In this document: positions 9,168-19,185 of the stretch, piece after piece
How positions within the stretch are numbered: position 1 is the stretch's first letter
Layout of the letters: every line of letters begins with the position of its first letter
Source of the DNA: Nitrospirae bacterium RIFCSPHIGHO2_01_FULL_66_17
Lineage (GTDB): Bacteria > Nitrospirota > Nitrospiria > 2-01-FULL-66-17
Assembly (NCBI GenBank): GCA_001803875.1
Contig: MHEO01000019.1
Coordinates: 4,394-43,039, forward strand
Direction: 5' to 3'
Length of the DNA stretch: 38,646 nt
Notes under the pieces: generated by a model
Seen by the model: the letters and a program-made list of their open reading frames with translations, nothing else
Databases searched by the model: none
What the model was told of the DNA's origin: nothing
Program-made: the position numbers and the translations under genes

Positions 9168-10067
9168 GTGACGCCCATTCGCTTCTGGCTGCCACTTTTG
9201 CTGCTCATCACTGCCGGCCCGACGACCGCGGTGCAAGGACAGGAGGCGGCCGGCGCCGATGTCCGAACCGTCAGGCAGGGCGACGTCATTGCGCTGACCT
9301 TTCCCGTCCGAGATGGGATGCAGGCGGTCAGCCTCGACGCGCTCGTCGGGCGGTTTCAGGGACGGGAGGTGCCGGCGTTTTCAGATCCCGACGGGGTGGC
9401 GGTGCTGCTCGGCGTCGACATGGAAGACGCGCCCGGAACGAGCGACTTCGTGTTGGAACGCGGGGCCGGAGAGGAGAGGCGGGTGGGCGAGCGTGTGTCG
9501 ATCACGGTGACGCCTGGCGATTTCGGCGTTCAGGCGCTCTCGCTTCCCGATAAGCAGGTCGATCTCGATTCAGAGACGCTGCGGCGCGTTGAAATCGAAC
9601 AGCGGACGATGCTGACGGCCATGCAGCGCGTCACGCCGCGCGCGTGGGACGGTGCGTTCATCCTCCCCTCCGACGGGAACATTCAGAACACCTTCGGCCT
9701 GCGCCGGGTGATCAACGGCCAGCCGCGTCGCCCCCACACCGGCGAAGACATCAGCGCGCCGGCCGGGGCTCCCGTGTCGGCCATCAACCACGGAACGATC
9801 CGGCTCGTCGCCGACCATTTTTTCAGCGGCAAGAGCGTGGTCATCGATCATGGGCTCGGCCTGTATTCGATGTATTTTCACCTGTCGGATGTGACGGTCC
9901 ATGCGGGCGAGCGGGTCGCGAGGTCGCAGGTCATCGGCGCCGTCGGCGCGACCGGACGGACATCGGGTCCCCATCTGCACTGGGGGGTCCGCCTGAACGG
10001 CGCGCGGGTCAACCCACTGTCTCTCCCCGCGGCAACGGTCTCGCTCGGGATGCGAGACATTCCTTAG
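9168..10067 (+). CDS. Exported M23 (LytM-type) metallopeptidase
   Basis: N-terminal signal peptide (FWLPLLLLITAGPTTAVQG). Intact M23 catalytic motifs HxxxD (HTGEDI) and HxH (HLHWGV). The GTG start lies 1 nt after the pafA stop. Confidence 0.88.
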   Translation: MTPIRFWLPLLLLITAGPTTAVQGQEAAGADVRTVRQGDVIALTFPVRDGMQAVSLDALVGRFQGREVPAFSDPDGVAVLLGVDMEDAPGTSDFVLERGAGEERRVGERVSITVTPGDFGVQALSLPDKQVDLDSETLRRVEIEQRTMLTAMQRVTPRAWDGAFILPSDGNIQNTFGLRRVINGQPRRPHTGEDISAPAGAPVSAINHGTIRLVADHFFSGKSVVIDHGLGLYSMYFHLSDVTVHAGERVARSQVIGAVGATGRTSGPHLHWGVRLNGARVNPLSLPAATVSLGMRDIP

Positions 10068-10113
10068 CAGTATTTCCTCTCCGTCCTCCGCTGCGGTCGG
10101 TTCCCTGGATTTC

Positions 10114-10142
10114 TTGTCGAAACCGGATGCGCCGATTATAAT
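10114..10142 (+). promoter_or_regulatory. sigma70-type promoter (TTGTCG-17-TATAAT)
   Basis: TTGTCG at 10114-10119, a 17-nt spacer, and TATAAT at 10137-10142, about 30 nt upstream of the ATG at 10175. Confidence 0.5.
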
Positions 10143-10174
10143 CAATATGCCGGACCGAGCGACGGAGCACGCCG

Positions 10175-10747
10175 ATGGAGTCGACGCACCGCATCAGTGA
10201 CCAGCATCCTCTCCGGATGTTCTTCACCATCTTGACCGAGAAGAATTTCTATGAGCAGCTCGGGTGGGTGGACCACGGGGTGATTCGCTACGTGGCCGAT
10301 CTCCTGGCCGACTTTTCACATGCCGATCGCGTGTATCGCTTCCAGGACCGGGACGGCCGGCGGTGCACCCTGGTGTCGGAGATGCTGCGCGATGCCGAAT
10401 CGGGATCGTCCGGCGTGCCGGAGCGCGACGTCCATCGCCAGATCGGGGATTTCACGCTGTTCATGATGGGGCTGTTCCCCGAGCACCTCGCCCGTCTGAA
10501 AACCAGGATTCTGGTGTCGGGGGGGGATTTCCTGCTCGACTACGTCAAGGTCGGCAAACGATCGTACCGGATTGTCTCGGAACTGCCCGAGGCGGCCGGT
10601 GAAGACGGCCAGGATGAGGCTCCCCTGTTCCGAAAACTCTCGGACCACTTTGAACTGTGCGTCGCGGGCCTGGGCTGTATCCGCGAGGATCTTCGGCGCG
10701 AACCCGACACCCCCCTGGACCGGTTTCGGGAACGGTTTCTCAACTGA
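10175..10747 (+). CDS. Hypothetical protein, 190 aa, no family recognised
   Basis: Clean ORF with its own promoter-like element. The amino-acid composition looks protein-like (FYEQLGWVDHGVIRYVADLLADF..IGDFTLFMMGLFPEHL). I recognise no motif. Confidence 0.6.
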   Translation: MESTHRISDQHPLRMFFTILTEKNFYEQLGWVDHGVIRYVADLLADFSHADRVYRFQDRDGRRCTLVSEMLRDAESGSSGVPERDVHRQIGDFTLFMMGLFPEHLARLKTRILVSGGDFLLDYVKVGKRSYRIVSELPEAAGEDGQDEAPLFRKLSDHFELCVAGLGCIREDLRREPDTPLDRFRERFLN

Positions 10748-10752
10748 CGCGG

Positions 10753-11457
10753 CTAGAGCTTTCGTTCTTCGATGACGACGTCGGCGCTCCGGCGCATGGC
10801 GTCCATGTAGGCGTTGAGGGTCCTCTCCTGCTTCTGGGGGAGCGGCGAAGGGAGGGTGGCGTCGGACGTTGGGCCGGGGTTCTGGGCCGCCTGGCGCGCC
10901 CGGGCGGCTTCCCAGTCGGGGGCGGACACGGCGGTCGAGTCGCCGACCAGCGACTTGACCTTGGCGATGAGCAGCTCGTCGCGTTGGTTGGTCTCGAAGG
11001 CCTCGGGCGTCATGTGATTGTTCTTGAGCACCCGGCGATACAGCTCGGGGTCAAACCGCCCGGTGTCTTCGCGCTGAAAGGCCTTTATGGCGGCGATGGA
11101 ATCGGCAAGCTCCTGAGGCGAGAGAGTGACGCTCATTCGGCGAGCGGTCTTCAGCCACAGCTCCCGCTCGACCAACGTGTTGATCACCTGGTGTTTGAGG
11201 TCAAGCTGCTTGAGCAGATCGGCGTTGAATTGGTCTTTGAACATGTCCCGGTAAAAGCGTTCCGCGTTGCGGTACGCGCGCTCGTACTCGTCGGAGGTGA
11301 TCGAGCGGTCGCCGATCTGCGCCACCACCGTGGACGCCTCGTCGTCGCCGAAGCCCCACCACCCCATGGTGATGACGAACGTGATCGCGATCACGAGCAT
11401 GATGCCGCGAAAAACCCAAGGATTCTCAATCGCGCCCTGCCGAAGGAACTTGATCAT
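10753..11457 (-). CDS. Membrane-anchored SurA_N/PpiD-like periplasmic chaperone lacking a PPIase domain, 234 aa
   Basis: The N-terminus (MIKFLRQGAIENPWVFRGIMLVIAITFVI) resembles the PpiD-type TM anchor. It is followed by a SurA_N-like region (VVAQIGDRSITSDEYERAY..LKHQVINTLVERELW). Confidence 0.7.
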   Translation of the reverse strand: MIKFLRQGAIENPWVFRGIMLVIAITFVITMGWWGFGDDEASTVVAQIGDRSITSDEYERAYRNAERFYRDMFKDQFNADLLKQLDLKHQVINTLVERELWLKTARRMSVTLSPQELADSIAAIKAFQREDTGRFDPELYRRVLKNNHMTPEAFETNQRDELLIAKVKSLVGDSTAVSAPDWEAARARQAAQNPGPTSDATLPSPLPQKQERTLNAYMDAMRRSADVVIEERKL

Positions 11458-11534
11458 CGACGCCCCCGCAATGGACGCTATTCTAGGGGATGCCGGCGTC
11501 CAAAAGCAACCCCCGCATTCCTGAGCGGGAGACC

Positions 11535-11563
11535 TTGCGCGGGCGGGCGATGTTCCCTATAAT
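11535..11563 (+). promoter_or_regulatory. sigma70-type promoter (TTGCGC-17-TATAAT)
   Basis: TTGCGC at 11535-11540, a 17-nt spacer, and TATAAT at 11558-11563. A GGAG RBS at 11570-11573 precedes the ATG at 11579. Confidence 0.5.
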
Positions 11564-11578
11564 GCACCCGGAGTTGTG

Positions 11579-13151
<1,573 letters not shown>

Positions 13152-13170
13152 GGCGCGGCGACTTTTCGGG

Positions 13171-13995
13171 ATGGGACAGTCCGTTTCCGGTTCGAAGCGG
13201 GTGTGGCTGGTGGCGGCCGGACTCGCCGTCCTGATCGGCGTCCTCGTCATCCCGGACTGGCAACGGCGCCCCGCCGCCGTCGTCGAACGTCCGGTGGCGG
13301 GCCTCTTCGGCGGCGTGCAGCGGGTCTTGACCTCGACCTCGTCCTGGATCCGCGGCGTCTGGTCGGGCTATCTCGCGTTGGTCGATCTTCGGCGGGACCA
13401 TCAGCGCCTGCAGGACGATCTCGATCGCACGGTGCGGGAGCGGGACGCGCTCCGGGAAGTGATCGCCGAGAACCGGCGGTTGACCGCGTTGCTGGCGTTT
13501 CAGGCGACGACGACGAGGCCATCCCACGGCGCCCGGGTGATCGGACGGGATCCCTCGCGCTGGTACCAGTCGCTCACGATCGACCGCGGGAGCCGGAGCG
13601 GGGCGGCTGCCGATCAGGGCGTTGAACTGCCGACCGGGGTCGTGGGCACCGTGATCAAGGTGTTCCCCACCGCCTCCGTCGTGCTGTTGATCAGCGACAC
13701 GCACAGCGCCGTGCCGGTCCTGGTTCAGCGCACCCGCGAGCAGGGGATCGTCGAGGGCACGTTCGGAGGGCGCCTGCGGCTCAAGTATCTCCCGCCGTCG
13801 TCCGACATCCGAGCGGGCGACGTGATCGTGACCTCGGGGCTGACGGATCCCTTTCCCAGGGGGTTGATGGTGGGCGCGGTGAACCGGGTCGAACGCCCGG
13901 AGGGCGACCTGTACCCCGACGTCGAGGTGATCCCGTCGGTGGATCTCTCAACGCTGGAGGAGGTGCTGGTCATCGAGCGGTTGCCGGCGCCGTGA
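13171..13995 (+). CDS. mreC: Rod shape-determining protein MreC
   Basis: Sits between mreB and mreD. It has an N-terminal TM segment, a coiled-coil region (LQDDLDRTVRERDALREVIAENRRL) and MreC beta-domain motifs (GLVGTV-like VVGTVIKV, VTSGL..FPRGLMVG). Confidence 0.9.
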   Translation: MGQSVSGSKRVWLVAAGLAVLIGVLVIPDWQRRPAAVVERPVAGLFGGVQRVLTSTSSWIRGVWSGYLALVDLRRDHQRLQDDLDRTVRERDALREVIAENRRLTALLAFQATTTRPSHGARVIGRDPSRWYQSLTIDRGSRSGAAADQGVELPTGVVGTVIKVFPTASVVLLISDTHSAVPVLVQRTREQGIVEGTFGGRLRLKYLPPSSDIRAGDVIVTSGLTDPFPRGLMVGAVNRVERPEGDLYPDVEVIPSVDLSTLEEVLVIERLPAP

Positions 13996-14582
13996 GGATG
14001 GGTCCGCCGTGGGGTGCTTCGGGAGCCCGCCGGGATCTGGCGCGGCGCGTCGGGTGGGGCGCGCTCCTGGTGTTGGCGGTGCCGCTTCAATCCACGGTGA
14101 TGGGCAGCGTGGCGATCGGCGGGATCGTTCCGGATGCGCCGCTCTTGTGTCTTCTCCTGTTTGCGGTGTTCAACGGACCGACGGCGGGGTTCGCGGCGGG
14201 CGCCGCGCTGGGGTTGGCGATCGACCTCTTCTCCGCGGGGGTCACGGTGTTCTACGCCGTCGTGTACGCCGCGTTGGGCGTGGGGGCCGCGCTGGTGGGG
14301 CGTGTGACCGCGAACCTCCACACCGCCGTGCTCATCGCCGTGGTGGCGGCGGCGTCCCTCCTGCTCGGCGTGAGCCAGGCGCTCTGGTTTGGGCCATTCG
14401 ACCGCGCGGAGGACATGGTACGCTGGATGATTTCCGGACTCGTTCCCCAGACACTGTACGACACCACGCTGGGGGGCGCGCTCTACGGCGTCTGGTTCTT
14501 CAGGCACCGGCCCACGCGCCACACATTCAAGGATCAAGATGACTTCTTTGCCTCAGGACGATTTTCAGGACCTGTACGATAG
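13992..14582 (+). CDS. mreD: Rod shape-determining protein MreD (polytopic membrane protein)
   Basis: Highly hydrophobic ORF directly after mreC, with a GTGA overlap. The call rests mainly on position. The 3' end overlaps mrdA by ~44 nt. Confidence 0.7.
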   Translation: MRMGPPWGASGARRDLARRVGWGALLVLAVPLQSTVMGSVAIGGIVPDAPLLCLLLFAVFNGPTAGFAAGAALGLAIDLFSAGVTVFYAVVYAALGVGAALVGRVTANLHTAVLIAVVAAASLLLGVSQALWFGPFDRAEDMVRWMISGLVPQTLYDTTLGGALYGVWFFRHRPTRHTFKDQDDFFASGRFSGPVR

Positions 14583-16392
14583 GATCACGTGGGGAGCCGT
14601 CGCCATCGTGGTGTTGATCGGTCTCCTGCTTGCTCGCGCGTGGTACCTGCAGATCGTCACGGGCCACGCGTACCGCGAGCTCGCGGACAATAACCGCGTT
14701 CGGGTGGTCGGCGTGCCGCCCCAACGGGGATTTATCTACGACCGGCGGGGACGGCTGCTGGTCGATAACACGCCCGGGTTCACCCTCTACCTCGTTCTCG
14801 AAGACGCGCCCACACCGCTCGATCCGCTCCTCGAACGCCTCGCTCCCTACCTCGGCATGACCGACGAGGACATTCGCGACCGCGTCACGAACCGCCGGAG
14901 CGGGGGGCCGTACACGCCCGTGCTGATCAAAAGTCACCTCACCCTGAAGGAGGTGGCGCTGATCGAATCGCACCGTCTGGAGTTTCCCGGCGTCAAGATC
15001 GAGGTGGAAGCTCAGCGGAACTACCCGCGCGGGGCGTGGGCGTCTCATCTGTTGGGGTACGTGAGCGAGGTGTCCGCCGCCCAGCGCGAGACGGACGAGT
15101 ACACGGGTTTCCCTCCCGGTATGCAGGTGGGCCAGTACGGCGCGGAGCTGGCCTACGACGCGGTCCTGCGCGGTCAACCGGGCGAAAAGGGGGTCGAGGT
15201 CGACGCGGTGGGGCACGAGCGGCGCATTGTGCGACAGACGCGGCCGGTCCGCGGCGACGATCTGTACCTGACCCTCGACGCCGACGTGCAGCGCGTCGCC
15301 GAGGACGCGCTGGAGGGCAAGGCGGGGGTGGTCGTCGCGCTTGATCCCGCCACCGGCGACGTGATCGCGTCGGTGAGCCACCCGGATTTCGATCCGAACG
15401 TCCTCTCGGTGGGGCTCACGGTGCCGCGATGGGCCGCACTGCTGGCCGACCCCGGCCGGCCCCTCAACAACCGCGCCATCCAGGGGCAGTACCCGCCGGG
15501 GTCCATCTTCAAGATCGTCGTGGCGACCGCGGCGCTGGAGCGGAAGGCGGTCACCGCCGACTCGCGGACCACGTGTCTCGGGGGCATGTTCTTCGGCAAC
15601 CGACGGTTTCGGGACTGGAAGGCCGGCGGGCATGGGATCGTCGACCTGCACCGCGCGATCGTGGAGTCGTGCGATGTGTATTTCTACGAGGTGGGCAATC
15701 AGATTGGCGTCGACGCGATTGCGGAATTCGCCAGGGCGTATGGGTTGGGCGAACCGACGGGCATCCGCCTGCCCTCCGAGAAAAAGGGCCTCATCCCGTC
15801 CACCGGGTGGAAACTGGCGGCGCGGCGCGAACCGTGGTATCCGGGCGAGACCCTCTCGGTCGCCATCGGTCAAGGCTACGTCAACGTGACGCCGCTTCAG
15901 ATGGCGATGATGATCGGCACGGTCGCGATGGGCGGGGAGCGGCACCGCCCGCGCTACGTGCAGTCGATCCATCGCCGGGACGGCACGGTGGACGATCCCG
16001 AAGCCGACGCGTCCCTCAACCCGATGCAGGTGAGTGCGAAGACCTTCGCGCTGCTGCGCCAGGCCCTTCGGGGCGTGGTGGTCGAGCCGGGCGGCACCGG
16101 GGGCGCGGCGCGCTCCGCGGTGACCGAGATCGCGGGCAAGACCGGAACGGCCCAGGTCGTCGGGATCCCGCAGGCGGGCCGGCGTCCCGGAGAGAATCCG
16201 ATCGAGGACCATGCGTGGTTTGTGGCGTTCGCCCCCATGGCGTCTCCTCGCATCGCGGTGGCGGTCCTGGTCGAGCACGGGGGGCACGGCGGCAGCGCCG
16301 CCGCGCCCATCGCCAAGAAGGTCATCGAGGCCTATCTGGGGGCCGCGGGCGAGCCGACGCCAGCCGTCGTGGCGACACGCGCGGCGCTGTAA
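14539..16392 (+). CDS. mrdA: Penicillin-binding protein 2 (elongasome class B transpeptidase)
   Basis: N-terminal TM segment, and transpeptidase motifs SxxK (GSIFK), SxD/N (ESCDVYF) and KTG (GKTGTAQ). Located between mreD and rodA. Confidence 0.93.
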   Translation: MTSLPQDDFQDLYDRITWGAVAIVVLIGLLLARAWYLQIVTGHAYRELADNNRVRVVGVPPQRGFIYDRRGRLLVDNTPGFTLYLVLEDAPTPLDPLLERLAPYLGMTDEDIRDRVTNRRSGGPYTPVLIKSHLTLKEVALIESHRLEFPGVKIEVEAQRNYPRGAWASHLLGYVSEVSAAQRETDEYTGFPPGMQVGQYGAELAYDAVLRGQPGEKGVEVDAVGHERRIVRQTRPVRGDDLYLTLDADVQRVAEDALEGKAGVVVALDPATGDVIASVSHPDFDPNVLSVGLTVPRWAALLADPGRPLNNRAIQGQYPPGSIFKIVVATAALERKAVTADSRTTCLGGMFFGNRRFRDWKAGGHGIVDLHRAIVESCDVYFYEVGNQIGVDAIAEFARAYGLGEPTGIRLPSEKKGLIPSTGWKLAARREPWYPGETLSVAIGQGYVNVTPLQMAMMIGTVAMGGERHRPRYVQSIHRRDGTVDDPEADASLNPMQVSAKTFALLRQALRGVVVEPGGTGGAARSAVTEIAGKTGTAQVVGIPQAGRRPGENPIEDHAWFVAFAPMASPRIAVAVLVEHGGHGGSAAAPIAKKVIEAYLGAAGEPTPAVVATRAAL

Positions 16393-16394
16393 GG

Positions 16395-17516
16395 ATGGTC
16401 AGACTTGATCGCACACGGATCGGGAGCCTGGACTGGAAAGTCTTGGTCGCCATCGGCGTGATCGTCGCCGCGGGGGTGGCCACGATTTACAGCGCGACGA
16501 CGCACCAGGCCGGGAGCCCTTCGGCCCTGTACCTCAAGCAAGCGGCGTGGGCCGGGTTGGGGGTGGCGGTCTTCGCGATCGCGGCGCTCGTCGACTATCA
16601 CACCCTGGCGCGGTACGCGTGGGCCGGGTACGCGGCCGTCGTCGTGCTGTTGATCGGCGTGTTGTTCGTCGGTCGGGTGGGGATGGGGGCGCGCCGGTGG
16701 ATCTCGCTCGGGGTGTTCGACGTTCAACCCTCGGAACTCGCCAAGCTGGCGCTGATCCTTCTCCTGGCGCGGTATTGTGCCGAGAAGCACGTCCGGGGGG
16801 GCCTGGGGCCCGTCCAGCTCCTCGCGCCGCTGGCGGTGGCCGCGATTCCGATCGGGCTGATTCTCAAACAGCCGGACCTCGGCACAGGGCTGACGCTGAT
16901 GGCCATCGCCCTCTGTCTGATGTTGCTGGTTGGCATTCGATACCAATCGATCGTGTTCCTGGGGCTATCGGGGTTGATGCTCTTCCCCTTCTTTTGGCAC
17001 CTGCTCTGGAATTCGCTGAAGGGCTACCAGCGGAATCGCCTGTTGACCTTCGTGAACCCGTCGTCCGATCCGTTGGGGATGGGCTATCACGTCATCCAAT
17101 CGAAGATCGCGATCGGGTCGGGCGGGTTTTGGGGAAAGGGGTTTCTGGGGAGCACGCAGAGCCAACTCAAATTCTTGCCGGAGGGACACACCGACTTTGT
17201 GTTCGCGGTGTTTGCCGAGGAATGGGGATTCGTCGGCGTGCTGGTTCTGCTGGCGCTCTACGGATTCGTTCTGTTCTGGATCGTGGAAACCGCGTACAAG
17301 GCGAAGGACCGATTGGGCGCGTTCCTCGCAGTCGGTGTCGCGGCGATGGTCGCGTTCTCCCTGGCGGTCAACATCGGGATGACCCTGGGGATGATGCCGG
17401 TCGTCGGCGTGCCCTTGCTGCTGATGAGCTACGGCGGGTCCTCGATGTTGACGGTCTTCGCCGCGCTGGGGCTGGTCATGAATGTACGTCTGCGACGGTT
17501 TATGTTATTTTACTGA
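16395..17516 (+). CDS. rodA: SEDS glycosyltransferase RodA
   Basis: The start MVRLDRTRIGSLDWKVL.. is an ATG at 16395, 2 nt after the mrdA stop. FtsW/RodA motifs are present (QPSELAKLALIL, KQPDLGT, PEGHTDFVFAV, GVPLLLMSYGGSS). The track ORF 15429-17516 is an upstream extension. Confidence 0.93.
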   Translation: MVRLDRTRIGSLDWKVLVAIGVIVAAGVATIYSATTHQAGSPSALYLKQAAWAGLGVAVFAIAALVDYHTLARYAWAGYAAVVVLLIGVLFVGRVGMGARRWISLGVFDVQPSELAKLALILLLARYCAEKHVRGGLGPVQLLAPLAVAAIPIGLILKQPDLGTGLTLMAIALCLMLLVGIRYQSIVFLGLSGLMLFPFFWHLLWNSLKGYQRNRLLTFVNPSSDPLGMGYHVIQSKIAIGSGGFWGKGFLGSTQSQLKFLPEGHTDFVFAVFAEEWGFVGVLVLLALYGFVLFWIVETAYKAKDRLGAFLAVGVAAMVAFSLAVNIGMTLGMMPVVGVPLLLMSYGGSSMLTVFAALGLVMNVRLRRFMLFY

Positions 17517-17517
17517 C

Positions 17518-17540
17518 CCGCGGCGCGTGGACCGCCGCGG
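17518..17540 (+). terminator. GC-rich hairpin just after the rodA stop (no U-tract)
   Basis: CCGCGGCG (17518-17525) pairs with CGCCGCGG (17533-17540) around a 7-nt loop. It could be a terminator, an attenuator or a processing site. Weak call. Confidence 0.25.
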
Positions 17541-17610
17541 CCATGGCGCCGCCTTGGGCCGGGCCGTCTAAGCCCTGGTCTGCGCCGGTCAAACCAAGTG
17601 GGGGAGTGGG

Positions 17611-19179
17611 ATGGGCGTTGAAATCGTGATCAATCCGGCTCCCGAGGAAACTCGGGTCGCGCTGATCGAGAACCAGATCCTGACGGAGCTGTACATCGAT
17701 CGCAAGCGGGACCGCGGCATCGTCGGGAACGTGTATAAGGGTCGGGTCGTCAAGGTGCTGCCCGGGATGCAGGCCTCGTTCGTTGACATTGGCGTGGAGC
17801 GGGCCGCGTTTCTCTACGTGGCGGACATCACGACCGCGACCGACGAGGATCAACCGCCGTCGGAGTCGGAGCCGCCCGAGGTCGCCGATGAGGGGGAGGG
17901 AGCCGACGAGGGCGCCCAGGATCGGGAGGAGCCGGAGGACGAGACGGCGAAAGCCGCGCCCCGGCGCGGCCGGGCTCACCGGTCCATCGAAGAACTCCTG
18001 AAGGAGGGGCAGGAGATCGTGGTCCAGGTGACGAAGGACCCGATCGGGACCAAGGGATGCCGCGTCACCACGTACCTGTCGCTGCCCGGGCGCTACCTCG
18101 TCTACATGCCGACGGTGAACCACATCGGCATCTCGCGGCGCATCGGCGACGAGGCCGAGCGCGCCCGGCTGAGGGAGATGATGATGCGTCTGCGTCAACC
18201 CGGCGCCGGCTACATCATCCGCACGGTGAGCGAGGGGACGAGCGAAGACGAGTTCCGGATGGACGTGGAGTTTTTGGAGCGGCTCTGGCAGACGATTCGG
18301 GATGAGGGCCAGCGGCGATCGGCGCCCGCGCTGCTGCACGCCGATCTGGACCTCTCGTTGCGGACGGTTCGGGACCTGCTGACGCACAAGGTCGATCGGT
18401 TGACCGTCGGGTCGCGGTCCGAGTACGACCGCATTCGGCAGTTCGTGGGCACCTATCTGCCGAACCTCGTCCAGAAGATCCATCTGTATGCTCAGGACGA
18501 ACCCATCTTCGATCGGTACGGCATCGAGATCGAGATCTCCAAGGCCCTGGGGCGCCGGGTGTGGCTCAAGTCCGGCGGGTACCTGGTGATCGAACCGACC
18601 GAGGCGCTCACCGTCGTCGACGTCAACACCGGGCGGTACGTCGGCAAGCGGGATCTCGAGGAGACGATCTTCAAGACCAACCTCGAGGCGGCGAAGGAGA
18701 TCGCCTACCAGCTTCGGCTGCGGAATATCGGCGGCATCATCATCATCGACTTCATCGACATGGAGAAGGAGAAAAACCGCGAGCGGGTCTTCGCGGCCCT
18801 GAGCGAGGCGCTGACGTACGACCGCGCGCGGAGCAACATTCTCAGGATTTCCGAGTTGGGGTTGGTGGAGATGTCGCGGGAGCGCGTGCGCGAAGACCTC
18901 ATGCGGGTGCTCTGCGACGGCTGTGCGTACTGCGAGAAGCGTGGGTACGTCAAGTCGGCCACGACGATCTGCTACGAGATCTTTCGCGAAATCAGGCGGG
19001 CCGGCGCGTCGCGCGAGGAGAGCAAGGTTGTCGTCACCGTGCATCCCAGCGTGGCCAACCTGCTGTTCGACGAGGAGCGAAGCGGCGTGGAACTCCTCGA
19101 GCGCGAATACAACAAACGCCTTGTCATCAAGGCCGATCCGCATCTCCACCAAGAGCAGTACGACATCATGATGGTCTAG
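17611..19179 (+). CDS. rng: Ribonuclease G/E family endoribonuclease (Rng/CafA-like) with acidic insert
   Basis: S1 domain (GNVYKGRVVKVLPGMQASFVDIG), a catalytic core (VVDVNTG, GGIIIIDFIDM, ELGLVEMSRER) and a GGGGAG RBS. Confidence 0.92.
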   Translation: MGVEIVINPAPEETRVALIENQILTELYIDRKRDRGIVGNVYKGRVVKVLPGMQASFVDIGVERAAFLYVADITTATDEDQPPSESEPPEVADEGEGADEGAQDREEPEDETAKAAPRRGRAHRSIEELLKEGQEIVVQVTKDPIGTKGCRVTTYLSLPGRYLVYMPTVNHIGISRRIGDEAERARLREMMMRLRQPGAGYIIRTVSEGTSEDEFRMDVEFLERLWQTIRDEGQRRSAPALLHADLDLSLRTVRDLLTHKVDRLTVGSRSEYDRIRQFVGTYLPNLVQKIHLYAQDEPIFDRYGIEIEISKALGRRVWLKSGGYLVIEPTEALTVVDVNTGRYVGKRDLEETIFKTNLEAAKEIAYQLRLRNIGGIIIIDFIDMEKEKNRERVFAALSEALTYDRARSNILRISELGLVEMSRERVREDLMRVLCDGCAYCEKRGYVKSATTICYEIFREIRRAGASREESKVVVTVHPSVANLLFDEERSGVELLEREYNKRLVIKADPHLHQEQYDIMMV

Positions 19180-19185
19180 GCGCCC

